DNA of 64,000 nt from Candidatus Latescibacterota bacterium (GTDB lineage Bacteria; Latescibacterota; UBA2968), in the NCBI GenBank assembly GCA_965205975.1, contig OZ242195.1, positions 5,280,001-5,344,000 of the forward strand, in the 5' to 3' direction. The notes under the pieces are model-generated. The model saw nothing but the letters and a program-made list of their open reading frames with translations, did not search any database and was not told the DNA's origin. Within the stretch, counting starts at the first letter, position 1; each line of letters opens with the position of its first letter. The position numbers were made by a program, and so were the translations under genes. Positions 22,262 through 31,226 of this stretch are shown here, piece by piece.

Positions 22262-23098
22262 TTACGCGCTTTCGTGTTCTGCCCGCATTGCGTTAAAGAA
22301 GCGCACATCAATCCGCGCCAGGTCAATTACGGTTTCTATGGGTTCACCGCTGTATTCGCTGTGGAAACTCACGGGACCTTCAAAGTTTAATCGATCCAGT
22401 GTTTTTACGACTGCGGGCCAATCGCCAAATCCCTGTCCCAGTCGCATTGTCCCGCCTGTGGGCGCGCCCTGTACGGTTCGTCCCAGAGGTCGCTGGCGAA
22501 TGAGGTCTTTGAATGCCAGGACTGAGAGATACTCGCGTACAATATCCAGTGCCATTTCTATGGGTTCGCCACATATCGACAGGTGTCCCGGGTCGGAAAA
22601 TACGCCGATGTGTTCGGGGTTGAATCCCTTGACCACGTTCATGACGGCACACGAGTTTAACCCCATCGATTTGCCCGAATGGTTGTGTACTACGGTTTTT
22701 ACGCCGTGTTTTTCCGACAATTTCTCAAAGCTTTCCATCCAGCCCCGGATTTCATCCAACTGATCCCAGTAGTGTTTTGCATCCGACCAGTGCCAGTAGC
22801 CGAGTTTTACACGCGCCACGCCAGCGTCGCCCAGCGCGCCGTAATAACGTTCGACGTAATCAATGTCCGGGCGACTAAAATCACCGGGGGCTGTTACGAG
22901 TGGAATACACAGGCCCGCGGCTTCAAACTGTTTGGCGGCTTTAGGCAGTGCTTTGTCGATATTGTCTGGGTTTACAGGATATCCCTCTCGTACACACAGA
23001 TCTGCGCCCTGTACGCCTACGGATTGGAGGGATTCGATGATTTCGGAAACGTCCATGCCTTCGAGGTGTTTTGTGAACATGATGTACGTGAGCTTCAT
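22262..23098 (-). CDS. Sugar-phosphate isomerase/epimerase family (xylose-isomerase-like TIM barrel)
   Basis: HNHSG, DPGHL, KD, GQG..DWP, HSEY motifs. Confidence 0.85.
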   Translation of the reverse strand: MKLTYIMFTKHLEGMDVSEIIESLQSVGVQGADLCVREGYPVNPDNIDKALPKAAKQFEAAGLCIPLVTAPGDFSRPDIDYVERYYGALGDAGVARVKLGYWHWSDAKHYWDQLDEIRGWMESFEKLSEKHGVKTVVHNHSGKSMGLNSCAVMNVVKGFNPEHIGVFSDPGHLSICGEPIEMALDIVREYLSVLAFKDLIRQRPLGRTVQGAPTGGTMRLGQGFGDWPAVVKTLDRLNFEGPVSFHSEYSGEPIETVIDLARIDVRFFNAMRAEHESA

Positions 23099-23192
23099 TT
23101 TCTTTCCTTTCTATAGTGTCGTTTGCATTTGTGAGCACTTCAGGATACGCAATTGTGTGTCGAAAATCAATGGTGAGTTGAAAGCTCAAATC

Positions 23193-23251
23193 TTGACATG
23201 TTGTGAAAAATGTATATGTTGTCGTCAAATTGTTGTGAAAAATGACGACAA
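23193..23251 (+). promoter_or_regulatory. Promoter and operator-like repeats in a divergent intergenic region
   Basis: TTGACA-16 bp-TATGTT; direct repeat TGTTGTGAAAAATG (23199-23212, 23231-23244); inverted repeat TTGTCGTCA/TGACGACAA (23219-23251). Confidence 0.55.
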
Positions 23252-23312
23252 GGTAGTCAAAAAACACGGTTTCGCATATTTCAGCATCCCGGTGCAGAGG
23301 TCGTAAAAGGAT

Positions 23313-26300
23313 ATGAAACTCAGTCGTTTTGCCATTTTTAAACCCATCAGTACGATTATGATCGCACTTAGTCTCGTGGTGATGGGTTTTATTTCCCTGT
23401 TCAAGTTGCCGCTCGAATATTTGCCCAGCGTGACGTTCCCGGTTCTTTTTGTGTCTATCCGGTATCCTTCTTCGTCTCCCGAGGAAATTGAACGGTTTAT
23501 CACGCGCCCAATTGAAGAGATATTGGGCACTATGCCCGGCATTGAAAACATGGGATCCACATCCAATGAGTCTTCTTCGACTATTCGCCTGGAATTTGCA
23601 ATGGATGCAGATATGGATCTCGTTGGTATTCATTTGCGCGACAGGCTCGATCAGGTTCGCGCAGATTTGCCCGATGACGTGGATTATATTGGGATTAAAA
23701 GTTTCGATACCGAAGATATTCCGGCTCTCGAATATACTGTTTCGTGGCTGGGTGAAGATCCCGAAGATCTCATCGCGTTTTATAACCAGCACCTGTTGCC
23801 GCGATTGCAGCGGCTCGATGGTGTGGCAAGTGTTGAATTGAGGGGTTTACAGCAAAAGGATCTCCTCGTCGAGGTCGATCAGCGTGCTCTGATCGCGCAC
23901 AAATTGGATTTTCGCACGATCAATCGCGCGCTTCGCAGAAATAATATCAATATCTCGGCGGGTTATGTCACCGATGGCGACAGGCGATTTGCTGTGCGAA
24001 GTGTGGGCGAGTTTGAGACCGTTGACCAGATTCGCAATCTGCCCATTCGCCCAAATCTGACGCTGTCCGACGTCGCATCGGTTACTTACGATTATCCTCC
24101 TGCTCGTCGATTTGATCGCCTTGATGGCATACCTTCTCTTTATCTTTCTGTGCATAAATCTTCAACGGCAAATATGGTCGATGTTTGCAAGCGCGCCCGC
24201 GGAGAACTCAGCCGTATCAACGAGGAGGTTGGCAAAGATAATCTTCGAATGCTTCTTGTTCGAGACCAGTCAACTGCTGTTATTGCCAGTATAACCAGTC
24301 TCAGCCAATCGGCGATTATGGGCGGTCTTTTGGCAGTTATTGCCATTTTCGTTTTTCTCCGCAACTTCCGCAGTACCCTCATCATCGGCTCCGCCATTCC
24401 AATTAGCGCGCTCACGGTGTTTCTCATTATGTATCTTTTGCGGCAGTCGGGTACTGATATCACTTTGAACTTGATTTCGATGATGGGGCTGATGGTCGCT
24501 ATTGGGATGCTCGTGGATCCCGCTGTTGTGGCTCTGGAGAATATTTTTCGCAAATGTTTTGATGAAGGTCAGGATGTCACACAGGCAGCGCTTGAGGGCA
24601 GTGAGGAAATTGGTCTCCCGGTTCTGGCTGCTACGCTTACTACTGTTTGTGTATTTGTTCCGGTCATTTTTGTGACTGATTCGAGTACTTCGCTCTTTAT
24701 GCGGCAATTCTCTGTGACAGTTGTCGTGTCTGTTATTGCATCGTTTTGTGTCGCGCTTTCCCTGATTCCGTTGGCAGCATCCCGTGCTTTTAATGAAGGA
24801 GGTCAGACCTTTGATCGCGTTCTCAAAAGTATTTTGGTGCTCGCGGCCATTGTCGGGGTGGGTGCGTATATATATTATACGGATTTCAGTAAGATTGATT
24901 ACGCTGGTCTGTGGGACGCAATTGCGAGTACTATCGCAGGTTTGCCTTTATTTGCCAAAATGGGTTTTCCCGCCGCCATTGCCCTCACGATTTTTCTGTA
25001 TTTTCGTTATCGCGCCATTGGTGCCAAAGCCTTTTATGCGAGAGTGGTTGCCAATACTTTGCACTATCGCTGGGCAACACTGTCTGTTGCCTGCGTTTTT
25101 CTCTTTTTGGGGAACCACATCTACGGCAAAATCGAACAAGAACCCTTTCGCTATCAACCCACACGCGCGATCAGGCTGACAGTGGAGATGCCGCGTACGT
25201 ACGATTTGGAGCAGGCGAGTAATACGTTCAAAATAGCCGAAGATATACTTATTCCACTGAAAGAGGAACTCGATATAGAGGCCATTGCGACGAAGTTCAA
25301 TACGGGTAACCGCCAGGGAAAGAGAAATGCGCTTTTGACTATTTATCTCACGCCTGCAGAAGAGAGTAAGTTGACGACAGACGAGGTTCAGCACAGGATC
25401 ATCGCGCTTCTTCCAAAGGATATTCCCGGTGTGCGTTTCAAATCTCGCGGGGGCAAGTCAGGCGGGACCACTGGGGTGGGTGTTGAACTCAAAGGGCGAA
25501 AGCAGGAAATTCTGGAGGTTCTGGCCGAGGATATTGAAATGAGTATGCAGGGGATGTCCGGCGTTCACGAGATCGAGACCAACCTTGAGACGGGTATGGA
25601 AGAGATTCGCGTGGTTGTAAATCGCGAACGGGCACAGCGGTATGGCATTTCTCCGCGCGATATTGCCACGAATATCGCTTCGGCACTCGGGTCGCGCGGG
25701 GCTTCACACTTCAAAACACCCCATGGTGAAATTGATATTACCGTTCAACTCCGCGAAGAAGATCGCGCTACTCTCGAGCAGATCAAAACAACGGAGTTTG
25801 AAAGCGATAAGGGCGGGATGGTCACTTTCTCGAGTCTGGCGGATTTCAATCTCATACAAGGACCCAATGCCATCTCCCGCGAAGATCGCCTGCCCACGCT
25901 AACTGTTTTTGCCAATACTGAGCAAAAAGCAGTATTCAGCGTGGGGCAGATTATGAAAGCGCGTATGGAAGATGTGCCCCTGCCCAAGGGATATACCTAT
26001 CAGATGGACCGCCGCTTCAAGTCTATGGATGCAGAACAGGCACAGGATTTTGAGACGATGATTTTTGCGCTGATTCTCATTTACATTATCATGGCTTCGC
26101 TTTTTGAATCCTATGTCCATCCGCTCACCATTATGTTCTGCATTTTCTTTGCATTCATCGGCGTCGCGCTCGGTCTCTATACTTTTAAGATCGCTATGGA
26201 TAGCAATGCCAAGTACGGCCTTCTGGTGCTTTTTGGCATTGTGGTGAATAATGGTATTGTACTGGTCGATCATATCAACAGATACCGAAAACAGGGGCTT

Positions 26301-26597
26301 GTCCGCCGCGATGCCATTATACGCGGGGGCCAGGACCGCCTGCGTCCGATTATGATGACTGCTACGACCACCATCATTGGCCTGATGCCGCTGGTTATTC
26401 CGATGCTTTTTGGTCATGCCGAAGGCACAGCCCGCCGCTGGGGTCCCATCGGTCTGGTCGTGGTATCGGGATTGTCTATTTCAACAATTCTGACGCTTGT
26501 TCTCCTGCCTACGATGTATTCCCTGATGGATGACCTCTCCCAATTTGCCAAACGCGTTGTCGCGGTGGGATCGCGGATGAAACGGATTGAAGGATGA
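23313..26597 (+). CDS. RND efflux permease (AcrB/AcrD/AcrF family)
   Basis: SPEEIERFITRPIEE, GMLVD.AVV..ENI, GIVVNNGIVLVD, RLRPIMMT. Confidence 0.93.
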   Translation: MKLSRFAIFKPISTIMIALSLVVMGFISLFKLPLEYLPSVTFPVLFVSIRYPSSSPEEIERFITRPIEEILGTMPGIENMGSTSNESSSTIRLEFAMDADMDLVGIHLRDRLDQVRADLPDDVDYIGIKSFDTEDIPALEYTVSWLGEDPEDLIAFYNQHLLPRLQRLDGVASVELRGLQQKDLLVEVDQRALIAHKLDFRTINRALRRNNINISAGYVTDGDRRFAVRSVGEFETVDQIRNLPIRPNLTLSDVASVTYDYPPARRFDRLDGIPSLYLSVHKSSTANMVDVCKRARGELSRINEEVGKDNLRMLLVRDQSTAVIASITSLSQSAIMGGLLAVIAIFVFLRNFRSTLIIGSAIPISALTVFLIMYLLRQSGTDITLNLISMMGLMVAIGMLVDPAVVALENIFRKCFDEGQDVTQAALEGSEEIGLPVLAATLTTVCVFVPVIFVTDSSTSLFMRQFSVTVVVSVIASFCVALSLIPLAASRAFNEGGQTFDRVLKSILVLAAIVGVGAYIYYTDFSKIDYAGLWDAIASTIAGLPLFAKMGFPAAIALTIFLYFRYRAIGAKAFYARVVANTLHYRWATLSVACVFLFLGNHIYGKIEQEPFRYQPTRAIRLTVEMPRTYDLEQASNTFKIAEDILIPLKEELDIEAIATKFNTGNRQGKRNALLTIYLTPAEESKLTTDEVQHRIIALLPKDIPGVRFKSRGGKSGGTTGVGVELKGRKQEILEVLAEDIEMSMQGMSGVHEIETNLETGMEEIRVVVNRERAQRYGISPRDIATNIASALGSRGASHFKTPHGEIDITVQLREEDRATLEQIKTTEFESDKGGMVTFSSLADFNLIQGPNAISREDRLPTLTVFANTEQKAVFSVGQIMKARMEDVPLPKGYTYQMDRRFKSMDAEQAQDFETMIFALILIYIIMASLFESYVHPLTIMFCIFFAFIGVALGLYTFKIAMDSNAKYGLLVLFGIVVNNGIVLVDHINRYRKQGLVRRDAIIRGGQDRLRPIMMTATTTIIGLMPLVIPMLFGHAEGTARRWGPIGLVVVSGLSISTILTLVLLPTMYSLMDDLSQFAKRVVAVGSRMKRIEG

Positions 26598-26605
26598 CGC
26601 GGATT
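26568..26605 (+). repeat. Left arm of an imperfect inverted repeat (CGCGGAT-rich)
   Basis: GGATCGCGGATGAAACGGATT...ACGCGGATT resembles the reverse complement of 27274-27312. Confidence 0.65.
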
Positions 26606-26687
26606 AAAAAACTGTTTTGGTGGCGTGTTTAGGGCTGCGATTCGATCTCGCAAGCCCTTTTCTGTGCCATGTGTTTATGAGCTATAC

Positions 26688-26927
26688 CTATTGTGCAGAT
26701 GCCAACATCTCGCCAACAGCATCGGGCAGGTCCACACGATGAAAACGGTGGTCGCCAAAAGCATAATCTTCACCGCTTTCATCAATGATGCGAATATAGC
26801 CATGAGCCGAGGCTTCTTCATCGGGAACGATGCTATAAACCTTACCCACTTCGAGAGACGCCTCGTATCCTTCGTTATTGATGCAGAGGGCAAATTGTTG
26901 TGTAAAATTATTTTTTTTCATAATCAA
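26688..26927 (-). CDS. Small acidic hypothetical protein
   Basis: FALCINNEGYEASLEVGKVY...IRIIDESGEDY; overlaps the upstream small ORF. Confidence 0.75.
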   Translation of the reverse strand: MIMKKNNFTQQFALCINNEGYEASLEVGKVYSIVPDEEASAHGYIRIIDESGEDYAFGDHRFHRVDLPDAVGEMLASAQ

Positions 26928-27160
26928 CCGAGAAAGGGTAGTTTGAGTTTAAATTCTTTTTTGCCAATACCATGTGCCTCGTACCAATGAATTTCGGCAA
27001 GCCTTATACTGTTGTCAAGTAAGCGTACGCGTGCCACCCCTTTAAGTTTGCGCCACCTGCCTGGGCCATATTGTTTTCGCAATCGCGCCCGGTCACGCAC
27101 GCCCATACCTCTGGCAATGGGTTTGATCTGCGTAATTTCTCCAAGAATCTCAAAGTCCAC
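26924..27160 (-). CDS. Small basic hypothetical protein
   Basis: RLRKQYGPGRWRKLKG...AEIHWYEAHGIGKKEFK; GTG start with purine-rich RBS. Confidence 0.78.
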   Translation of the reverse strand: MDFEILGEITQIKPIARGMGVRDRARLRKQYGPGRWRKLKGVARVRLLDNSIRLAEIHWYEAHGIGKKEFKLKLPFLG

Positions 27161-27273
27161 AACTAAGCGTTCCCCTAACTTTGTACATGTCGTTTCCGCA
27201 CTGTCTCATGCCCGGGAAAAATATCATAATCATAGGTAATCGCGCCCTAACTTTGACCGGAGGGGCGATGCCT

Positions 27274-27312
27274 AATCCGCGCAATCCGCGTAATCTGCTT
27301 CATCCGCGATCC
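27274..27312 (-). repeat. Right arm of the imperfect inverted repeat
   Basis: AATCCGCGCAATCCGCGTAATCTGCTTCATCCGCGATCC. Confidence 0.65.
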
Positions 27313-27425
27313 TGACAGTTTCCACCTCACCAACATAATATACCCACATTCCGAAAGAGTAGCCTTGCCTTTTTCAAATCCCGTCTTATTTTGGTAAAAC
27401 TTTAAGCGCAGGATTTTGGGTAGTC

Positions 27426-29408
27426 TTGAAAAAAGGGTTGGGTTTGAAGAGTACTATTATATCAAAAGTGACGCGGCGATCCCTGATAATCGGTCTGGTC
27501 ATGGCGGCGTGGGTCAATTTTTGGCCTGTGTACGCGAGTCTGGTGCTGCATTCCACGCGCGCTGACCACGCGCATTTGTCCGTGGCTCTGCTCATTCCGT
27601 ATTTGTTTTTGCTGGTGGGCAATCTGTTTCTGGGACAGCGCAGTTTGTCGCCATCTGAGTTGCTGGTCGTGTGTTGCATAGGCATAGTGGCTGCGTGTAT
27701 GCAGGGTGAGTGGTTGTCGAATTATTTGCTCGAAGCGCTTACTATGCCGCACTATTTTGCGTCGGCAGAGAACCGATGGGGAGAATTGCTGTTGCCGCAT
27801 TTGCCGGGGTGGGCTGTGGTAAATGATCGTGCGGCTGTGACGCATTTTTACGAGGGACTTCCGCCCGGGGAGGGGTTTCCGTGGCGTTTGTGGATTGCCC
27901 CGCTGTTCTGGTGGGGCACTTTTTTGGGTGCTATACTGGGTGTTAATCTTTGCTTGAGCGTGATTTTGCGAAAGCAGTGGATGGCGCACGAGCGGTTGGC
28001 TTTTCCCGTGGCGCGCGCGCTTTTGGAACTGACGGGTGTGTCTGGAACAGGCGGCACGCTTTCATCTCTGGTGCGGTCGCGATTTTTTCTGGTGGGATTT
28101 GCAGTCACCTTTCTGATTATTTGCTGGTTTATGCTTACCTGGTTTTATGTGGCTGTGCCGCCGCCGCCCATTTTGAGTGGGAATTTTGCGTCTAAATTGT
28201 TGCCGCTTGCGCGGGGTTTTCCGCCTTTTCAGTTTCGGTTCAGTATTTTGACACTGGTGTTTGGCTATTTCACGAATCTGGAAGTGCTGTTTTCAATCTG
28301 GTTTTTTCATGTGCTGGCTATTGTGCAGGCCGGGGTGTTTAATCGCATTGGTCTGGAAGTGGGGAGTGTGGATCCGTGGGGATCTTTTCACGCGGCGGTG
28401 GGATGGCAGAGTTTTGGGGGGATGATTGTCTTTGTCGGCTGGGGTTTGTGGATTGCGCGGTCGCATTTGCGGGATGTTTTTCGCAAAGCGTTCTGGGGCG
28501 ATGATCGGGTGGATGATACGGGGGAATTGATGTCGTATCGGACCTCTGTGTGGATGATGCTGGGCTGTTCTGTATATCTTCTGTTGTGGTTGAAAAGTGC
28601 GGGTATGGCTTGGGGACCCATTCTGGCATTTTATTTTGCCACGCTGGTCTTGTATTTGGGACTGGCGCGGATTATGGTGGAGAGCGGGCTTATATTTTTG
28701 CGGGGGCCGATCACGGCGCAGGCTTTTACCTGGCATTTGTTCGGCGTTTTGGGCATGGGCCCGGGCAGTGCGGTGATTTTGACGCTGACCAATGCGTTTG
28801 CCTGCGATGCCAAGACGTTTGCGATGACGCCTATGGCGCATGTGCCGAGGTTGGGTATGGCGATAAATAGCAGGTTGCGCAAAGTGCTCGCGCCGGGTGT
28901 GATGTTGGGGGCATTGATTGGGGCTGTGACGGCTGTGGGATTTATTTTGTATTACGGCTATTACGTGATGGGGAGTTACAACTTTGGGACTGTGAGTTTT
29001 CGGGGGATTGGGGCGCTGAATCTGGCGGGGTTTAACCAACTCGCTGTGGGGCGCATTCAAGCCGGGACAATGGGTACGAGTTGGGATCGCATCGGTTTTT
29101 TGGGGGTTGGTGCCGCATTTACGGGATTGTTGTTTTTTTTGCGGTATCGGTTTCCGGGGTTTCCGCTTCATCCGATTGGGTTTACGATTTCAGCTTCTGC
29201 ACCGCTTCGCAATACGACACTGACGATTTTTATGGTTTGGGCTTTGAAGACGATTGTTTTGCGGCTTGGTGGATTGGAGCGCTATCGCAGGTTGACACCG
29301 CTTTTTCTGGGGATGATGGTTGCTTATATGGCGGGCACGGCAATCGGCGTTGTTGTGGATTGGATCTGGTTCCGCGGACAGGGGCATATGATCCATGTCG
29401 CGTGGTGA
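27426..29408 (+). CDS. Large polytopic membrane protein (DUF6785/DUF6784-like, putative transporter)
   Basis: Many TM segments; YFASAENRW, RKQW..HERLAFP, FPLHPIGF motifs; start uncertain. Confidence 0.75.
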   Translation: MKKGLGLKSTIISKVTRRSLIIGLVMAAWVNFWPVYASLVLHSTRADHAHLSVALLIPYLFLLVGNLFLGQRSLSPSELLVVCCIGIVAACMQGEWLSNYLLEALTMPHYFASAENRWGELLLPHLPGWAVVNDRAAVTHFYEGLPPGEGFPWRLWIAPLFWWGTFLGAILGVNLCLSVILRKQWMAHERLAFPVARALLELTGVSGTGGTLSSLVRSRFFLVGFAVTFLIICWFMLTWFYVAVPPPPILSGNFASKLLPLARGFPPFQFRFSILTLVFGYFTNLEVLFSIWFFHVLAIVQAGVFNRIGLEVGSVDPWGSFHAAVGWQSFGGMIVFVGWGLWIARSHLRDVFRKAFWGDDRVDDTGELMSYRTSVWMMLGCSVYLLLWLKSAGMAWGPILAFYFATLVLYLGLARIMVESGLIFLRGPITAQAFTWHLFGVLGMGPGSAVILTLTNAFACDAKTFAMTPMAHVPRLGMAINSRLRKVLAPGVMLGALIGAVTAVGFILYYGYYVMGSYNFGTVSFRGIGALNLAGFNQLAVGRIQAGTMGTSWDRIGFLGVGAAFTGLLFFLRYRFPGFPLHPIGFTISASAPLRNTTLTIFMVWALKTIVLRLGGLERYRRLTPLFLGMMVAYMAGTAIGVVVDWIWFRGQGHMIHVAW

Positions 29409-29411
29409 GTG

Positions 29412-29450
29412 GACGAATAGACGAATAGACGAATAGACGAATAGACGAAT
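29412..29450 (+). repeat. 8-bp tandem repeat (GACGAATA) x~5
   Basis: Read directly, just after the stop codon. Confidence 0.9.
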
Positions 29451-29485
29451 CAAGAGTTAGCGACACGAAGTAGAAACAGGTCCCC

Positions 29486-29512
29486 CTGTGTTCATCTGTG
29501 TTCATCTGTGGT
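29486..29512 (-). repeat. 10-bp tandem repeat (ACAGATGAAC) x~2.5
   Basis: CTGTGTTCATCTGTGTTCATCTGTGG, overlapping the stop of the minus-strand gene. Confidence 0.8.
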
Positions 29513-30466
29513 TGCATTTATTAGCCGGTATAAATTTGGGATTGTCTCCCGGTGGTCGCCCTGAATATAATAGCTTTCGCCGCCGTCTCGTACCGTGCGA
29601 ACGAGGATGGTTTTGAAAGGGCGGTAGTAATAACGGGGATCGGTTTTGGGAGCTTCGGTGTCGAGGTCGTCGCCGAGGGGGATGAGGTCGAAGACTGCTG
29701 TGGTAAATTTGGCGATGTTGCGGCCTTCCTGGCGGGCGACATTGCGGGCCATGGCGAGGGCTTTGAGATAGACTTCAGGTCCCATGATGGCCGTGCCGAT
29801 GTTGAGGAGGACGCCGCCTTCGAGGTGGGTGATGGATTCTGTGAAAATTAAGAAGTCGGTGTAGGTGCTTGCGCCTATCGCGGCACCGTCGCAGTTGGGG
29901 TGTTCGTGAACGATGTCATAACCGATGCTGACGTGTGTTGTGATGGGGATATTGAGTCGGACAGCAGCGGCAAAAATGCTGATGTCTCTGTGTGGGAAGT
30001 TGCTTTCGAGGATGTTGCGCCCGACGGCTTCGCCCAGTCCAATGCCCTTTTGCGCCGCTGTTTGGGCGATGAGGTTGAGGTCGCCTGTTTCTGTCCATAG
30101 CCCAAATTCTCCGGTGCGGATATATCTGCCCACGCTTTCAGTGGTCGCGCCGATGCGGGCAAATTCGTAGTCGTGTATGGCGCAGGCGCCATTGCCCGCA
30201 ATATGAGTGATGAGGCCGCGTTCCATCAGGTCGATGAGATAGCGCGCGGCACCGGCGCGAATGACGTGTGCGCCGATTATGAAGATGATTGCGCGATTGT
30301 TTTGCCTGGCGCGTACTATTCGATCTGCGACGATGGAAAGGTTGGGGCTGTCAAAGGGAGGTATCGGCGCGTTGAGGTCGGGAATTTGATCGACAGAAAG
30401 ATCGTGTTCCCGCTGGTTGAGCGGTCGGAGTTTGAGTTTGGAGCGGTCGAAGATTTTGTAGGGCAT
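29492..30466 (-). CDS. Conserved hypothetical protein, possibly deoxyhypusine-synthase-like fold
   Basis: GAHVIRAG, NGACAIHDYE, IGYDIVHEHP, GGVLLNIGTAIMGPEVYLKAL; fold assignment from memory. Confidence 0.65.
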   Translation of the reverse strand: MPYKIFDRSKLKLRPLNQREHDLSVDQIPDLNAPIPPFDSPNLSIVADRIVRARQNNRAIIFIIGAHVIRAGAARYLIDLMERGLITHIAGNGACAIHDYEFARIGATTESVGRYIRTGEFGLWTETGDLNLIAQTAAQKGIGLGEAVGRNILESNFPHRDISIFAAAVRLNIPITTHVSIGYDIVHEHPNCDGAAIGASTYTDFLIFTESITHLEGGVLLNIGTAIMGPEVYLKALAMARNVARQEGRNIAKFTTAVFDLIPLGDDLDTEAPKTDPRYYYRPFKTILVRTVRDGGESYYIQGDHRETIPNLYRLINATTDEHR

Positions 30467-30476
30467 ATTCGCGGTT

Positions 30477-31226
30477 CTAAATGTATTGGTATTCTTTCAT
30501 CGCGGGATGCAAGAACTCAAAATCATGGACGCCATCATCGGTTTTCCACCTGCCCACGGAATCGGGACGCACGATTACTTTGCCCAATGGAAATCCGAGG
30601 AATGCCTCTACCCGAGCAAATGTCTCTTCCTGATTTAATATCGCATCCTCAAATCGCACGGTGATACTGTGTTTGGGTACAGGCGTGGATTTCATGATTT
30701 CATACTGATACAACCAGGAAATCGCCCGCCGTTTGCGTATGTCGTCTGTGTGCGGATATTGAATATCGAAGTCGCGCAGATCATCTGTTTTGTGTCCGCT
30801 CAAAATACAATCGCGGGGGTCGCGCACCCAGTGAATGTATTTTGCATCGGGAAACATGCGCACGATCCACGGATAGACCAGTGTGGTTTCGGGTAATTTC
30901 CATCCGTAGTTCTCGTACCGATTTCTGGGGGCAAGCACGTCTTGCAAATAGGTTTCGACTAGGTGGGTAAATTCGGGATCGATGTCCATGGTGTGCAGGT
31001 CATCAAAATCCCACGATAATCCGCCATTCCAATTTACGTATTTTGCCATTACGCGGCACGCATCATACAGTGCCTGGGGAGGCATTTTATCGCCCGATGC
31101 ATTGATCAAGCGTCCCATGTACATACCGCTGGCATAGAGCGTGTGGGAGATCAAGCGCGTGCCCGAATGCCCACGTCCGATAACTGTGATTAAAGACAAT
31201 GTTTCCTCCTTATAGTTTTTCTTCAA
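30477..31226 (-). CDS. Sulfotransferase family protein
   Basis: 5'-PSB-like GRGHSGT, GWKLP, 3'-PB-like VRDPRDCILS, VRFED. Confidence 0.85.
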   Translation of the reverse strand: MKKNYKEETLSLITVIGRGHSGTRLISHTLYASGMYMGRLINASGDKMPPQALYDACRVMAKYVNWNGGLSWDFDDLHTMDIDPEFTHLVETYLQDVLAPRNRYENYGWKLPETTLVYPWIVRMFPDAKYIHWVRDPRDCILSGHKTDDLRDFDIQYPHTDDIRKRRAISWLYQYEIMKSTPVPKHSITVRFEDAILNQEETFARVEAFLGFPLGKVIVRPDSVGRWKTDDGVHDFEFLHPAMKEYQYI

